Virus record (IMG/VR): IMGVR_UViG_3300048577_000125
Location: 1 to 35,837 of that record
Length of the DNA: 35,837 nt
Direction: 5' to 3' (one strand)
Source: a virus
Lineage: Duplodnaviria > Caudoviricetes
Below are positions 9,319 through 18,312 of the stretch, in pieces (the first letter of the stretch is position 1; each line of letters opens with the position of its first letter). A program made the translations under genes and the position numbers. The notes beneath the pieces were generated by a model, which saw only the letters and a program-made list of their open reading frames with translations, was not told the DNA's origin and ran no database searches.

Positions 9319-9701
9319 CAGGCCGTCTCCTCATTCATCGCCGTCACCGCGCAGCGCACCGCCGTCTTCCAGTCCTGGTCGTTATTGACCTCAGTCACAT
9401 CGAACAGCCGCCCGGCCACACTCAGCCGGTCCGCCGCCGTCACATCCGTCCCCACCGGCAGCGTCACATACCAGCGCGTCACGCTGATCACCTGCGCCCC
9501 GTTCTGCGCACTCTCCGCCACCGCCCGGCTGTTCTGGCTGTACAGCCGCGCGCTCACCGTCCCCGCCGCCGCCCACGCCACCGACCCGCCGCCCATCCCA
9601 TCCGCCGCCACCGTCCCGCGCAAAATCACCGCCGTCCCCGGCAGTGCCAGCGCCTGCACTTCCCGCATCCACGTCAGGTCAGCCGCTCCCAAAAGCATCA
9701 T
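9318..9701 (-). CDS. Head closure protein (SPP1 gp16-like)
   Basis: DGMGG...LPVGTDVTAADRLSVAGRLFDV motif; synteny. Confidence 0.8.
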   Translation of the reverse strand: MMLLGAADLTWMREVQALALPGTAVILRGTVAADGMGGGSVAWAAAGTVSARLYSQNSRAVAESAQNGAQVISVTRWYVTLPVGTDVTAADRLSVAGRLFDVTEVNNDQDWKTAVRCAVTAMNEETA

Positions 9702-9713
9702 GTCTACCTGCTG

Positions 9714-9744
9714 CTGTACAGATAAGGGAACATTATCCCTACAC
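9714..9744 (+). other. dif/Xer-like site D
   Basis: CTGTACAGATAA-GGGAACA-TTATCCCTACAC, intergenic. Confidence 0.75.
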
Positions 9745-9746
9745 CC

Positions 9747-9768
9747 TCACTGTCGTTTCCGACAGTGA
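9747..9768. repeat. 22-bp palindrome P3
   Basis: Exact copy, 2 bp from site D. Confidence 0.95.
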
Positions 9769-9797
9769 GAATTATCGTGCGAAGTCAGGCCAGCCCG

Positions 9798-10385
9798 TCA
9801 GGCCAGGTCATCCCGCACCAGCGTAGAGGAGCGCAGCCCCGCCGCCCCCGCGCCAAACGTCGCCAGCGCCGCGCACTGGTCCGCCATCTGCTGATACTGC
9901 GCAATGAGCTGCGACGCCTTGAAAGAAGCCCCGTCCGCCGTGAAGTCAAACCGCTCCGCCACACCGGCCGCCCGCATCCGCCACACCTCAGCCGCCGCCG
10001 CATACACGTCGTAGCTGCGCCCCGTCAGGTAAAACGCCGACCCGCCCGTGTCCGCCACGAACGTGATGCGTCCAGCCTGGGTGTCCACGCTGTAATTGGC
10101 CGTGCCCGCCCGCGCCCCGGCCGCATCGCGCACATACAGCACCGCCGTGCCGCCGTCCGTCGCCTCCAGGTTGCGATGGCGGGACTGGTGCACGTAATAG
10201 CGCACCGTCCCGCCCGCATCCACCTCGCGCAGCGCCGTCAGCCGGTCATCCGCAAAATCCAGCCGGTTGCGGTCCAGCACAGCCGCTACAGCATCATCGG
10301 TGTAGTCAGCCGTGCCCGCCGCCGTGTTGATTCCAGCCAGTTCCCGCACGCGTGCAATCGGCCCCGCCAACGTCGCCCGGCTCAT
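9798..10385 (-). CDS. Head-tail connector/adaptor protein
   Basis: YDVYAAAAEVWRMRAA...FDFTADGASFKASQ; downstream of the capsid genes. Confidence 0.7.
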   Translation of the reverse strand: MSRATLAGPIARVRELAGINTAAGTADYTDDAVAAVLDRNRLDFADDRLTALREVDAGGTVRYYVHQSRHRNLEATDGGTAVLYVRDAAGARAGTANYSVDTQAGRITFVADTGGSAFYLTGRSYDVYAAAAEVWRMRAAGVAERFDFTADGASFKASQLIAQYQQMADQCAALATFGAGAAGLRSSTLVRDDLA

Positions 10386-10387
10386 GC

Positions 10388-10789
10388 TCAGCCCTTACCG
10401 TTCACGTACTGCACCACCACAGCCATGTCACCCGGCGCCGTCACGCTGCCCGTCACCGCATACTTCGCCACCAGCCACTGGCCTTCAGTCAGCTCATCCG
10501 CCGCCGTGTTCAGGCTGTAGGCCGCCGGCACAGCCGCCGACCAGCCCACCGTCCCGCCCGCCGTGCCGATAGCCGTGGTGGCCGTGCCCGCCGTCCCGCC
10601 GTTGAGCAGCGTCATCGTTGCGTAGTTGCCGCCGTTCGCAGCCACCGCCCCCGCAAACGTGACGTGGGCCGCCTTGATCGTCACCCCGCCGAATGGAGCC
10701 GGAAACAGCGGCAGCGTCACCGTGCCCGCCGTCCCGCCCGTGATCGGCGCCACCATCATTTGAGTGTTATACCCCGCCAACTCACCCAT
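10388..10789 (-). CDS. Putative capsid decoration protein
   Basis: 133 aa, Thr/Gly/Ala-rich, directly after the capsid gene. Confidence 0.55.
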   Translation of the reverse strand: MGELAGYNTQMMVAPITGGTAGTVTLPLFPAPFGGVTIKAAHVTFAGAVAANGGNYATMTLLNGGTAGTATTAIGTAGGTVGWSAAVPAAYSLNTAADELTEGQWLVAKYAVTGSVTAPGDMAVVVQYVNGKG

Positions 10790-10855
10790 AATTCTCTCCC
10801 ACTACCGGCCGCAGCCGGCTAGTCATCATCTCAAGCTCACCAGGCCGCTGGGCCC

Positions 10856-11713
10856 CTAGGCCGGCTCAGTAGCGTCAGCCGTGAACTTCACGCCGAACTC
10901 GTTGCGCACGATCCCATAGCCATAGCCCGCCGTCACGTTCAGCTCCCACGCGCGCGCCGAAGCATCGCGCTGGGTCTCCATCCGCATCTGGCGGCGCGTG
11001 TCCAGCATGATCGCGCCCTGACCGAAAATGCCGCTGATGGCATCCGCACTGGCGTCCACGCTGATGTTGCTGCTCACGAAGATGCGCACGCCGCCCAGCA
11101 GTTGCGCCACGAAGTAATCCCGCAGCGCCTGCGTGGTCACATCGCCCAGCGCGGTATAAGTGGCCGCCGGCTTGCCCAGCTCCAGCCACAGATCATGCCA
11201 GTGGTAAGGATGCAGCACCGCCGAAAGCGGCCCATACTGCGCCGCCTTGTTATAGCGCACCACCGCCACGCCCGCGGCGAAGTTCTCGAACGTCGCCGTC
11301 GCATTCGCGCCGTCGCCCTTGTCGGTCGTGAAGGAGCCGAACACGCCCACCAGGTCGCTGTCGATCTTCGTCGCCACCGCCCCGCCCAGCTCGCGCTCAG
11401 CATCCGCCTGCGCGCTGTCCGGGTCAGTCTCCATGTCCCTGTCCGTCAGCACCACCTGCGCAATCACCTCGCCCGGCGTGATCGTCGCCTTCGTGCTCTT
11501 CCCGAACGTGGTCGGCGCGCTGAAGTCCTGCGCCTCATTCACCGAAACAGCCGAGACCGCCGGTCGGCTCGGCACCACGCGGTTCATCCACCCTGCCGCC
11601 GAGCGGTTGTCCACCAGCCCCGCCATCAAATTCATTTCCCGTGCGACAAACAACGCCCGCTCATAGATCGTGTTGAACAGCCCGTTGAGGTCGCTGACTG
11701 TAGTCACAGCCAT
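10856..11713 (-). CDS. Major capsid protein
   Basis: 285 aa; AVLHPYHWHDL, GVRIFVSSN and METQRDASARAWEL motifs; follows the scaffold gene. Confidence 0.9.
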   Translation of the reverse strand: MAVTTVSDLNGLFNTIYERALFVAREMNLMAGLVDNRSAAGWMNRVVPSRPAVSAVSVNEAQDFSAPTTFGKSTKATITPGEVIAQVVLTDRDMETDPDSAQADAERELGGAVATKIDSDLVGVFGSFTTDKGDGANATATFENFAAGVAVVRYNKAAQYGPLSAVLHPYHWHDLWLELGKPAATYTALGDVTTQALRDYFVAQLLGGVRIFVSSNISVDASADAISGIFGQGAIMLDTRRQMRMETQRDASARAWELNVTAGYGYGIVRNEFGVKFTADATEPA

Positions 11714-11715
11714 GA

Positions 11716-12252
11716 TTAGCCTCCGAAAATCATCGTCTTCGACTGCCCGCCAAAGAACCGCTTGCGCAGCTCGGCCTCAGTCTCCCCACCGGACTCGCCG
11801 CCCGGCTTCACCTGCGCCCCGGCCGCCGTCCTGGCAAAGCGCCCCAACACCTCCAGCGCCTTCTTCTCGTCAGACAAGTCCAGCTTGCCCAAGTCCAGAA
11901 GGTCAACCAGGTCAGCGTCCACGCCCGCCTTTGCCGCCAGCCGCACCACCTGCGCCTGCTTCTGCGCCCGCTCCGCCTCCACCGCCTTCGCCGCCAGGTC
12001 AGCCTCCAGGGCCGCCAGCCGCTCTTGCAGCTTCTGCTCTGCGGTCTTCTGCGCCTCCTGCAACTGGTCAAACTGCTGGGCCTTCGGCTGCAATTCCTTC
12101 AGTTGCGTCTGCGTGTCGCGCAGTTGCGTGCGATACTTCGCCGCCTCCTGGCGCAGCTCCTCCACATACTTCGCGTCAAACTTCTCGCCCCCGCCGTCCT
12201 GCGGCTGGGCCCCTGCATCACTGGGCGCCTGGCCCTGTGTCTCATCCGCCAC
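11716..12252 (-). CDS. Capsid scaffolding protein
   Basis: FDAKYVEELRQEAAKYR motif, coiled coil; precedes the capsid gene. Confidence 0.85.
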   Translation of the reverse strand: MADETQGQAPSDAGAQPQDGGGEKFDAKYVEELRQEAAKYRTQLRDTQTQLKELQPKAQQFDQLQEAQKTAEQKLQERLAALEADLAAKAVEAERAQKQAQVVRLAAKAGVDADLVDLLDLGKLDLSDEKKALEVLGRFARTAAGAQVKPGGESGGETEAELRKRFFGGQSKTMIFGG

Positions 12253-12541
12253 GATTCACCCCACTCACAAACTCGCTATAGATAGCCGCCTGGTCCGTCA
12301 CTGGCCGCCCCTGGCGTGCCAGCACGTCCTCCAGCCACTTCCCCAAATGCGCCGGGCTGATAATCCGCTTCTCCACCCGCCCCGGCCCGCTCTCCGGCGT
12401 CGGCGCGCACTGCGACCACAAATCCTTGATCGTCCCCGCGCCCCACGCATACCCCACCGTCACCGGCAGCAAAATGGCGTAAGCCTCTTGCAGCGTGCAG
12501 ATGATGGGCGGTAGATTGCGGCCCGCTAGGATGTTGCTCAT
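12242..12541 (-). CDS. Hypothetical protein
   Basis: Likely start ATG 12541 (MSNILAGR), 2 bp after site E; the longer start runs through a terminator. Confidence 0.55.
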   Translation of the reverse strand: MSNILAGRNLPPIICTLQEAYAILLPVTVGYAWGAGTIKDLWSQCAPTPESGPGRVEKRIISPAHLGKWLEDVLARQGRPVTDQAAIYSEFVSGVNRGG

Positions 12542-12543
12542 TG

Positions 12544-12573
12544 CTGTACAGGTAAGGCGTCTTATTCGCCCAG
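12544..12573 (+). other. dif/Xer-like site E
   Basis: CTGTACAGGTAA-GGCGTC-TTATTCGCCCAG. Confidence 0.75.
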
Positions 12574-12584
12574 GTTCAGCCCCG

Positions 12585-12633
12585 AAAAAAAAGACGCCAG
12601 ACACCCGATAGGAACATCAGGTATCTGGCGTCT
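12585..12633 (-). terminator. Intrinsic terminator
   Basis: AGACGCCAGATACCTGAT/ATCGGGTGTCTGGCGTCT stem followed by a T run on the minus strand. Confidence 0.75.
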
Positions 12634-12726
12634 GGCGCTCTAGTTGTAGGCCCGCACGGCTGGCCGATAACGGTCAGCCGTTCCCCGATGCGGGCCTATG
12701 CCCACTATAGCACGGATGTCCTGCAA

Positions 12727-12978
12727 TCAACAGTCCGAACACTGCGCCAATCCCTCGCGGCCCAGTTCACGCCCCGCCAGTTCATGCGACGCCGCGCGCA
12801 GCACCGGCCGCCCCGTGGCCGCCGTCTGCGGGAGGTCAAACTGCACCACCAGCTCCCCCCGCCGCACCTCCAGAATCCCCCCCGGCAGCAGCCGACCCCA
12901 CGTCTTCCCCAGCGCCGTCAGCAGCACCTCAGTCGTAGCCTCAGTCGTAGAACGCAAACTCGTCTGATGTGGCAGCAT
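12727..12978 (-). CDS. Hypothetical protein
   Basis: Short ORF in the operon direction (MLPHQTSLR...). Confidence 0.45.
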   Translation of the reverse strand: MLPHQTSLRSTTEATTEVLLTALGKTWGRLLPGGILEVRRGELVVQFDLPQTAATGRPVLRAASHELAGRELGREGLAQCSDC

Positions 12979-13240
12979 CAGGCGTCCCTCCCCGCGTCGC
13001 AATGATAATCGCCCAGGCCCGATCCGCCACGGGGTTGCAAACCTCGCCCGGCAGCCCGTAGCGGCTCACCAGCCGCATATACTGCGTGCGCAGATACTGC
13101 CGCGTCCCCGCCGGCTCCAGCTCCTCCAGCATCCCCGCATAATCGTCCAGCACAGTGGCCGCCAGCGCCTGCGCCACCCGCTCCACATCCACCGTCGCCA
13201 GCCCCAGCCAGCGCAGCAGCAATCGTCGCAGCATGGTCAT
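12941..13240 (-). CDS. Hypothetical protein
   Basis: 99 aa, coupled to the MuF stop. Confidence 0.55.
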   Translation of the reverse strand: MTMLRRLLLRWLGLATVDVERVAQALAATVLDDYAGMLEELEPAGTRQYLRTQYMRLVSRYGLPGEVCNPVADRAWAIIIATRGGTPDAATSDEFAFYD

Positions 13241-14295
13241 CTCCGGTAATACCCCTGCGCCCGTTCGCCCAGCAGCCCCACCAGCGACGCCTCGCGCAGC
13301 ATATCCCCGTATACAGGATCATCATACGCCACCGACAGCTCGCCAAAACGAAACTCCCCCGCCCGCCACGCATCAAACATCCCCGGCCCCATCCTGCGCG
13401 CCTGCTCAGCCAGGGGCAGCCCCGCAAACCAATCCGCCCCCGGCGTCACCTCCGGCAGGCTCAGCCCCAGCCGCTTCGCCAGCGGCACCTCCGGCAGCGC
13501 CGTGCACCGCCCGTTGTGATGGTCGTTCAGCACCTCGTCCACGCCGTGCCGCCCGCCGTGCTGCGCCACGCAGCTCAGGCACACCCGATCATCCAGCTCC
13601 GCATACCACACCCAGCCGGAGACAATATCGCTGTTCGCCATATAATTCGCCCGCGTCGCCTCGCGGTACGCATAAAGCTGCGCCGTCCTGGCCGTCGTCA
13701 GCGCCCAGTTCAGCCCCACCCCCAGCCCCCTGCGCACCATCTCCCTGGCCACCTTGCGCGGGTTATACCCCAGCGCAATCCCATCCACCAGGCTCTCCTC
13801 CAACTGCCGCACCACCGCATCGCTAAATCCTTGCCCTAGCGAGGCGTGCAGCGGCGAGTCCGGCCCCAAGAAGCCGAGCATCGTCTCCACCTGTTCCGCC
13901 GGCAGCATATCAAACCCCGCCCCAATCGCCGCCTGCGTGCGCGGGTTGATAAAGTACGCCTGCACCATGCCCCGGCTGTCCGTAAGCCCCGCCAGAATCT
14001 CCCGCTGCGCCGCCGTGGCCACCTCCGTGTCCGCATAGCTCGCCCAGCGCGCCAGCTCCTCCGTCGTCTGCGCCAGCAGCGAACGCACCGCCCCCAGCCG
14101 CGCCGCCTGGCCCCGGCTCACCTCCTGGTGCGCCCCCTGGATAGCCGTCAGCGCCTGCTCCAGCCCCGCCTGCTGCGCCTCCAGGTTGCGATAAACCCGC
14201 CCATACGCCTGCACCAGCCGCGTAGCAGCCTCCCGCTCCCGCGCCAGCGCCGCCCGCCTGAACCTCTCCGCAGCATCCAAAACAGGGTGAGGCAT
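13237..14295 (-). CDS. Minor head morphogenesis protein (MuF/SPP1 gp7 family)
   Basis: TARTAQLYAYR, WVWYAELDDRVCLSC and HHNGRC motifs. Confidence 0.9.
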   Translation of the reverse strand: MPHPVLDAAERFRRAALAREREAATRLVQAYGRVYRNLEAQQAGLEQALTAIQGAHQEVSRGQAARLGAVRSLLAQTTEELARWASYADTEVATAAQREILAGLTDSRGMVQAYFINPRTQAAIGAGFDMLPAEQVETMLGFLGPDSPLHASLGQGFSDAVVRQLEESLVDGIALGYNPRKVAREMVRRGLGVGLNWALTTARTAQLYAYREATRANYMANSDIVSGWVWYAELDDRVCLSCVAQHGGRHGVDEVLNDHHNGRCTALPEVPLAKRLGLSLPEVTPGADWFAGLPLAEQARRMGPGMFDAWRAGEFRFGELSVAYDDPVYGDMLREASLVGLLGERAQGYYRR

Positions 14296-14591
14296 TAGCC
14301 TACCTGCGAAATGGTATAAGTAATCTGCTCTGGTGGGACTGGAGCCGAGGTCGCATTGATCTGGCCTGTGCTGCCTGTGCTGCCTATGCTAAGCGTGCCC
14401 GTGTTCCCCGTACAGACGAACCACGTACCCCAAGGGGGTAGTGGCGCGGGGTAGTAGATCGGCTGCACAAGTGGCACATACACCTTCTCCCCATTGACTA
14501 ACTCAGCGAGGATGTCGCGCAACTCCTGCGCCTCTTGCTGGGTCAGGGTAATTTCAATGTCCTTGAGCTTGATTACAACCTTGACTTCCAT
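14295..14591 (-). CDS. Hypothetical protein (lower GC, moron-like)
   Basis: 98 aa with GGAGG RBS; atypical composition. Confidence 0.6.
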   Translation of the reverse strand: MEVKVVIKLKDIEITLTQQEAQELRDILAELVNGEKVYVPLVQPIYYPAPLPPWGTWFVCTGNTGTLSIGSTGSTGQINATSAPVPPEQITYTISQVG

Positions 14592-14611
14592 CGTTCATCT
14601 CCTCCGATTAA

Positions 14612-14764
14612 TGGTGCGGCCCCTGAGACTCGAACTCAGGCTACTTCCCTCGGTTCACCGGCCCGTCCGGCTATACCCTTACGCCCTGCGGTGTGGGCAC
14701 CCTAGTCACCAGCGGGGAAGCTTTATAGGTTCACCGTGTATCACATGCCACACGTATTGGCCGC
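14612..14764 (-). ncRNA. tRNA-like structured RNA (acceptor stem, T-arm and CCA with a large internal domain)
   Basis: 5' GCGGCC pairs with 3' GGCCGC-A-CCA; T-arm CTGAG-TTCGAGT-CTCAG; internal CTTCCC/GGGAAG and CGTGT/ACACG stems. Confidence 0.65.
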
Positions 14765-14765
14765 C

Positions 14766-14795
14766 CTGTATAGGTAACAACTGTTATTCCACCTG
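14766..14795 (+). other. dif/Xer-like site F
   Basis: CTGTATAGGTAA-CAACTG-TTATTCCACCTG; its TTA is the stop codon of 14784..15047. Confidence 0.72.
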
Positions 14796-15047
14796 CGTCA
14801 CTGTCGTTTCCGACAGTGAGAAATCATCGCACCATCCCGGCTTCGTATTCGCAACCGCATAGCCAAGGACTTTGAGTAGCGGATACCGCATCCACAGCCC
14901 ATGAATCACGTGGTAGACGAACCAGCCCAACCGCGTTGCCGGGCGCGGAATGTAACCGACGGGCAGCCACGCATCGTGCTCGCCCGCATCATCCGGCGGA
15001 TTCAGCCGCGCCACCTCTGCCGGCGTCAGCGCGTACCAGCCTGTCAC
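14784..15047 (-). CDS. Hypothetical protein
   Basis: 87 aa, start overlaps the portal stop. Confidence 0.55.
   Translation of the reverse strand: MTGWYALTPAEVARLNPPDDAGEHDAWLPVGYIPRPATRLGWFVYHVIHGLWMRYPLLKVLGYAVANTKPGWCDDFSLSETTVTQVE
14798..14819. repeat. 22-bp palindrome P4
   Basis: Exact copy, 2 bp from site F, in the last codons of 14784..15047. Confidence 0.95.
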
Positions 15048-16390
15048 GGCTGACCACCCCGCTCAAAACTCCGCAGCAGCTCCTCGCCCAGCGTCGTCCG
15101 GCTCGCCTGCTCCGTCTGGATGCGCCCCAGCTCGCGCGCCGGGTCATACCCCCGCTGCTCCAGATACGTCTCCAGGCTCAACCCCTGCTGCCGATCCAGG
15201 CTCAACCCCTGCACGCGCGCCCCCTCATCCACCGGCAGCGGATCGCCCCAGCGGTTGCGCACCATGACGCCCTGGCCAAAGCCGCCCATCTCGACAATCG
15301 CTCCATTGATGGCTGACAGCATCTCGCCATACGTGTTGCGCTTGACGTTCGTCAGCTCCAGCAGATCGCCATACAGAATGCGCAGCGCAAACCCGCTTAG
15401 CTGCCCCACATTCACCCGATCCGGGTCCAGGTCCGGCACCCCCGTAATCTTCGAGTACGCCTCCCGCAGCCCGGCCCAAAACTGGTATGCGCTCACCAGG
15501 TCACTCTGCATTTCCAGGTTGAACACCCTGGCGTCCGGCTTCGGAATGCTCCAGAACTGATCCACCGCCGTGTTCTGCAACTCCGGCGCCGAGAATCCCG
15601 TGCCGATGGTGCGCGGGTGCGCGTGGTAGCGCAGGATGCGGCTGATGTTGCTCGCCGTGAAATTGATGGCGTCGTTGATGTCCGCCTCCTCCAAGTCCGA
15701 GATGCCCCACACGCCGATAGGATTCGGCCTGTTCTGGCACCAGAAGACCGGCGCCCACGTGTACGGCCACGGCACTTCATTCATCGTCCGCCAGCCCGCC
15801 CCGCCCCGCTCACTCACCTCCTCCGTCGTCAGCCATTCCCCGTTCTCCTGTAGGTCGATGCGATGCCGGCGCCAGTCCTCACCAGAACGCCAGACGATTC
15901 GATAGGACACCACCAGGTCTATATCATCCTGGTGAGTAATAATCTCCATCAGCGAGGAGTTCAGCGCCACAATCCTGGGCAGCTCCCCCGTCCGCTCCGG
16001 CGCATAAAGCCGCACGAATGCCATTCCCGTGACACTGCCATTCAGCCCAATCTCCTGGAGCAGCATGGCACGCTCTTCGTCCGTCCCGCCCCACGCCGCG
16101 CGCAGGTATGCCTCCGCGGCCTCGTTCTCCTCATCTTCGATCTCAAACGCCGGCGCCGCCTGGCCCCCAAACAGGAACGCCAGGCTCTTGTCCACCACGC
16201 GCCGCGAATAGTTCACGATCACATTATCGTTCGCCCCATCCGCCCGCGTCTTCAACTGCCGCCTGTGCTTGCCCCGGTAATAATTCCAGAACAGCCCAAA
16301 CAACTCCTGCCGCTGCCGATGCTCCGCCGAGAGCGGGCTGAACCCGCTCGCCCCGCCGCCCTGCCCGTTCAAAAAGTCCCAGATCGCCAT
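15044..16390 (-). CDS. Portal protein (SPP1-like)
   Basis: NYYRGKH, VIVNYSRRVVDKSLAFLFG and LSGFALR motifs; follows terL. Confidence 0.92.
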   Translation of the reverse strand: MAIWDFLNGQGGGASGFSPLSAEHRQRQELFGLFWNYYRGKHRRQLKTRADGANDNVIVNYSRRVVDKSLAFLFGGQAAPAFEIEDEENEAAEAYLRAAWGGTDEERAMLLQEIGLNGSVTGMAFVRLYAPERTGELPRIVALNSSLMEIITHQDDIDLVVSYRIVWRSGEDWRRHRIDLQENGEWLTTEEVSERGGAGWRTMNEVPWPYTWAPVFWCQNRPNPIGVWGISDLEEADINDAINFTASNISRILRYHAHPRTIGTGFSAPELQNTAVDQFWSIPKPDARVFNLEMQSDLVSAYQFWAGLREAYSKITGVPDLDPDRVNVGQLSGFALRILYGDLLELTNVKRNTYGEMLSAINGAIVEMGGFGQGVMVRNRWGDPLPVDEGARVQGLSLDRQQGLSLETYLEQRGYDPARELGRIQTEQASRTTLGEELLRSFERGGQP

Positions 16391-16402
16391 AGCCCACCAC
16401 CC

Positions 16403-17602
16403 CTAGAAATCGTAGAACGGATTACTTGCCACTGCCGGCTGCTGCTGCGCCGCCGTCCACGCCAGCGCCAAACTCATCACCATATCGTCGTGCATCCCCT
16501 CCGGCGCGCCATACCGCACCAGCCCGCTCGGCAGCCGCTCCATCTCATACGCTTGCAGCTCGCCGATCAACGTCGGGTCGGATAGGATGCGCAGCGCCCC
16601 CCGCTCAAACGCCAGCGCCAGCGCCTCAATCGCCTGCGTCTTCGTCGCGTTCGTCGTGTTGAACGCCGTCACCGGCAGCCCCTGCCGCCCCAACTGCTCA
16701 ATCAGCGGCTCCCCCATGCTGTTGCGCTCCGCCACCACCGTGATCGGCCTGAACCGCTCATACAGCCCTTGCAGCCGCCCCAACTGCACCTGGTAATCAA
16801 TCTGGTTGAAGCGGTCAATGGCCGCCACCGCCGCCTGCTGGAGGTCGATCACCGTCAGCACCGTGAAATCATTGTGCTTGCCCCAGTCCACCCCCATCGC
16901 ATACCGATGGCCCGCCTCCGCCTGCTCCTGCTGCGTCGCCGTGGCCGCCTCCACCACGCGCCGGAAGACCCCCCCCGCGTCGTCAATAAACTCCGCCAGG
17001 TACTCCTGCCGGAAAATCCGCTCCGGCAGGCTCAGCCGCGCCGCCTCAATCTCCGTGTGCGCAATATACGGATTCGTCGCCGTCGGGAACTGCCACGAAC
17101 GCCACTCCCCGCCCTCCTGGCCCCGCAGAAACGCCCGCCAGAACCAATTGCGCCCCTTCGGCGTGCTGATAAACAGCGCCCGCCCCAGCCGGTCACTCAG
17201 CGCCGGCCGCAGCGCCTCCGTCCACGCCTCCTCAGCGATAAACGCACACTCATCCATCACCAGGAAGTCCAGACCCTCGCCGCGCAACGCCTGCGGATTG
17301 TCCGCCGACCGCACCTGCACCGTCCCGCCGCCTGGCAGCACAACCATCTGCTCAGCCTTGCGCACCTCCGCCCCTGGCACTTGCGCCGCCAACTGCGTCA
17401 CCAGCCGCCAGCCCACAAACGCCATCTTATAGCTGGGCGCCACCCACCACGCCCGCCCCCGGCGCAGCGCCACCTCCAAGCAAAGCAGCGCCCCCAGCCG
17501 CGTCTTCCCCCAGCGCCGCCCGCACGCCAGCACCCGGAACCGGCTGCCATCCGCCACAATCACCTGCTGGCCGCTATGGATAGGAGGAAGCTGCACATTC
17601 AC
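16403..17602 (-). CDS. terL: Terminase large subunit
   Basis: GRRWGKT Walker A, LRGEGLDFLVMDE, STPKGRNWF, GVDWG and HDDMVMSLALA motifs. Confidence 0.96.
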   Translation of the reverse strand: MNVQLPPIHSGQQVIVADGSRFRVLACGRRWGKTRLGALLCLEVALRRGRAWWVAPSYKMAFVGWRLVTQLAAQVPGAEVRKAEQMVVLPGGGTVQVRSADNPQALRGEGLDFLVMDECAFIAEEAWTEALRPALSDRLGRALFISTPKGRNWFWRAFLRGQEGGEWRSWQFPTATNPYIAHTEIEAARLSLPERIFRQEYLAEFIDDAGGVFRRVVEAATATQQEQAEAGHRYAMGVDWGKHNDFTVLTVIDLQQAAVAAIDRFNQIDYQVQLGRLQGLYERFRPITVVAERNSMGEPLIEQLGRQGLPVTAFNTTNATKTQAIEALALAFERGALRILSDPTLIGELQAYEMERLPSGLVRYGAPEGMHDDMVMSLALAWTAAQQQPAVASNPFYDF

Positions 17603-17631
17603 AGGCTCAATAAGTCCCCTTACCAGTACAG
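17602..17631 (-). other. dif/Xer-like site G
   Basis: Minus strand CTGTACTGGTAA-GGGGAC-TTATTGAGCCTG between terS and terL; the spacer doubles as a likely RBS. Confidence 0.72.
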
Positions 17632-17635
17632 CCCA

Positions 17636-18250
17636 TCAATCACCCGTACCCGTATCGCCATCGCCGCCATCCGCCTCACCCACCTCAGCCTCGCGCCACG
17701 TCAGCCGGATCGTCACATCCTTCGGCGCGCCCTTATCCGCCGTCGCCTCCGACACCCGATCCAAAATCGAATTAGCCGCCCGCACCACATGCCCCGTGTC
17801 CGCCGTCATATACTCCGGCTGCTCGCCGATCATCACCCGCACACGGCCCTCGCTCGCAATCCGCACCAACTGCTGCGCCGCCGCCTGCGCCCCATCCACC
17901 AGCACATCCAGCGTCGCCTGCACCGCCCCGCCCTGCCGCACCCGCATCCACCACAGCGCCCGCGCCTTCGCCACCCGCAGCGCCTCATCAATCGCCGGGT
18001 CGTCCCGCCAACCAGGCTCCCCATCGCGGCCATACCACGTCACGCGGTTGCAGGTGTCCCGCCGCTTGAACACCTCAGTCTGTGGCGACTCAGCCGCAAT
18101 CGCCGCCGCCAGCAGCAGCACCGTGCGCTGCTTCTTCGCCGCGTGCTCCCCCGTAATCCGCGCCAGCGCCTCATGCACCTCGAATGACATCCATTCCGGC
18201 GTAAACCCTGGTTGCTTTGGAGTTGCGTTGGATTTGTCTCTCATGGGCAA
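17636..18250 (-). CDS. Putative terminase small subunit
   Basis: Directly upstream of terL; helical, with RAANSILDR motif. Confidence 0.65.
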   Translation of the reverse strand: MPMRDKSNATPKQPGFTPEWMSFEVHEALARITGEHAAKKQRTVLLLAAAIAAESPQTEVFKRRDTCNRVTWYGRDGEPGWRDDPAIDEALRVAKARALWWMRVRQGGAVQATLDVLVDGAQAAAQQLVRIASEGRVRVMIGEQPEYMTADTGHVVRAANSILDRVSEATADKGAPKDVTIRLTWREAEVGEADGGDGDTGTGD

Positions 18251-18300
18251 GCGGGCGCCAGCCCGTCACAACAACATCCGCATGTTTTATGAATATGCGA

Positions 18301-18312
18301 AAACAAATGTTC
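18301..18312 (-). promoter_or_regulatory. Possible LexA box upstream of terS
   Basis: GAACATTTGTTT, one mismatch to GAAC-N4-GTTC. Confidence 0.4.
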
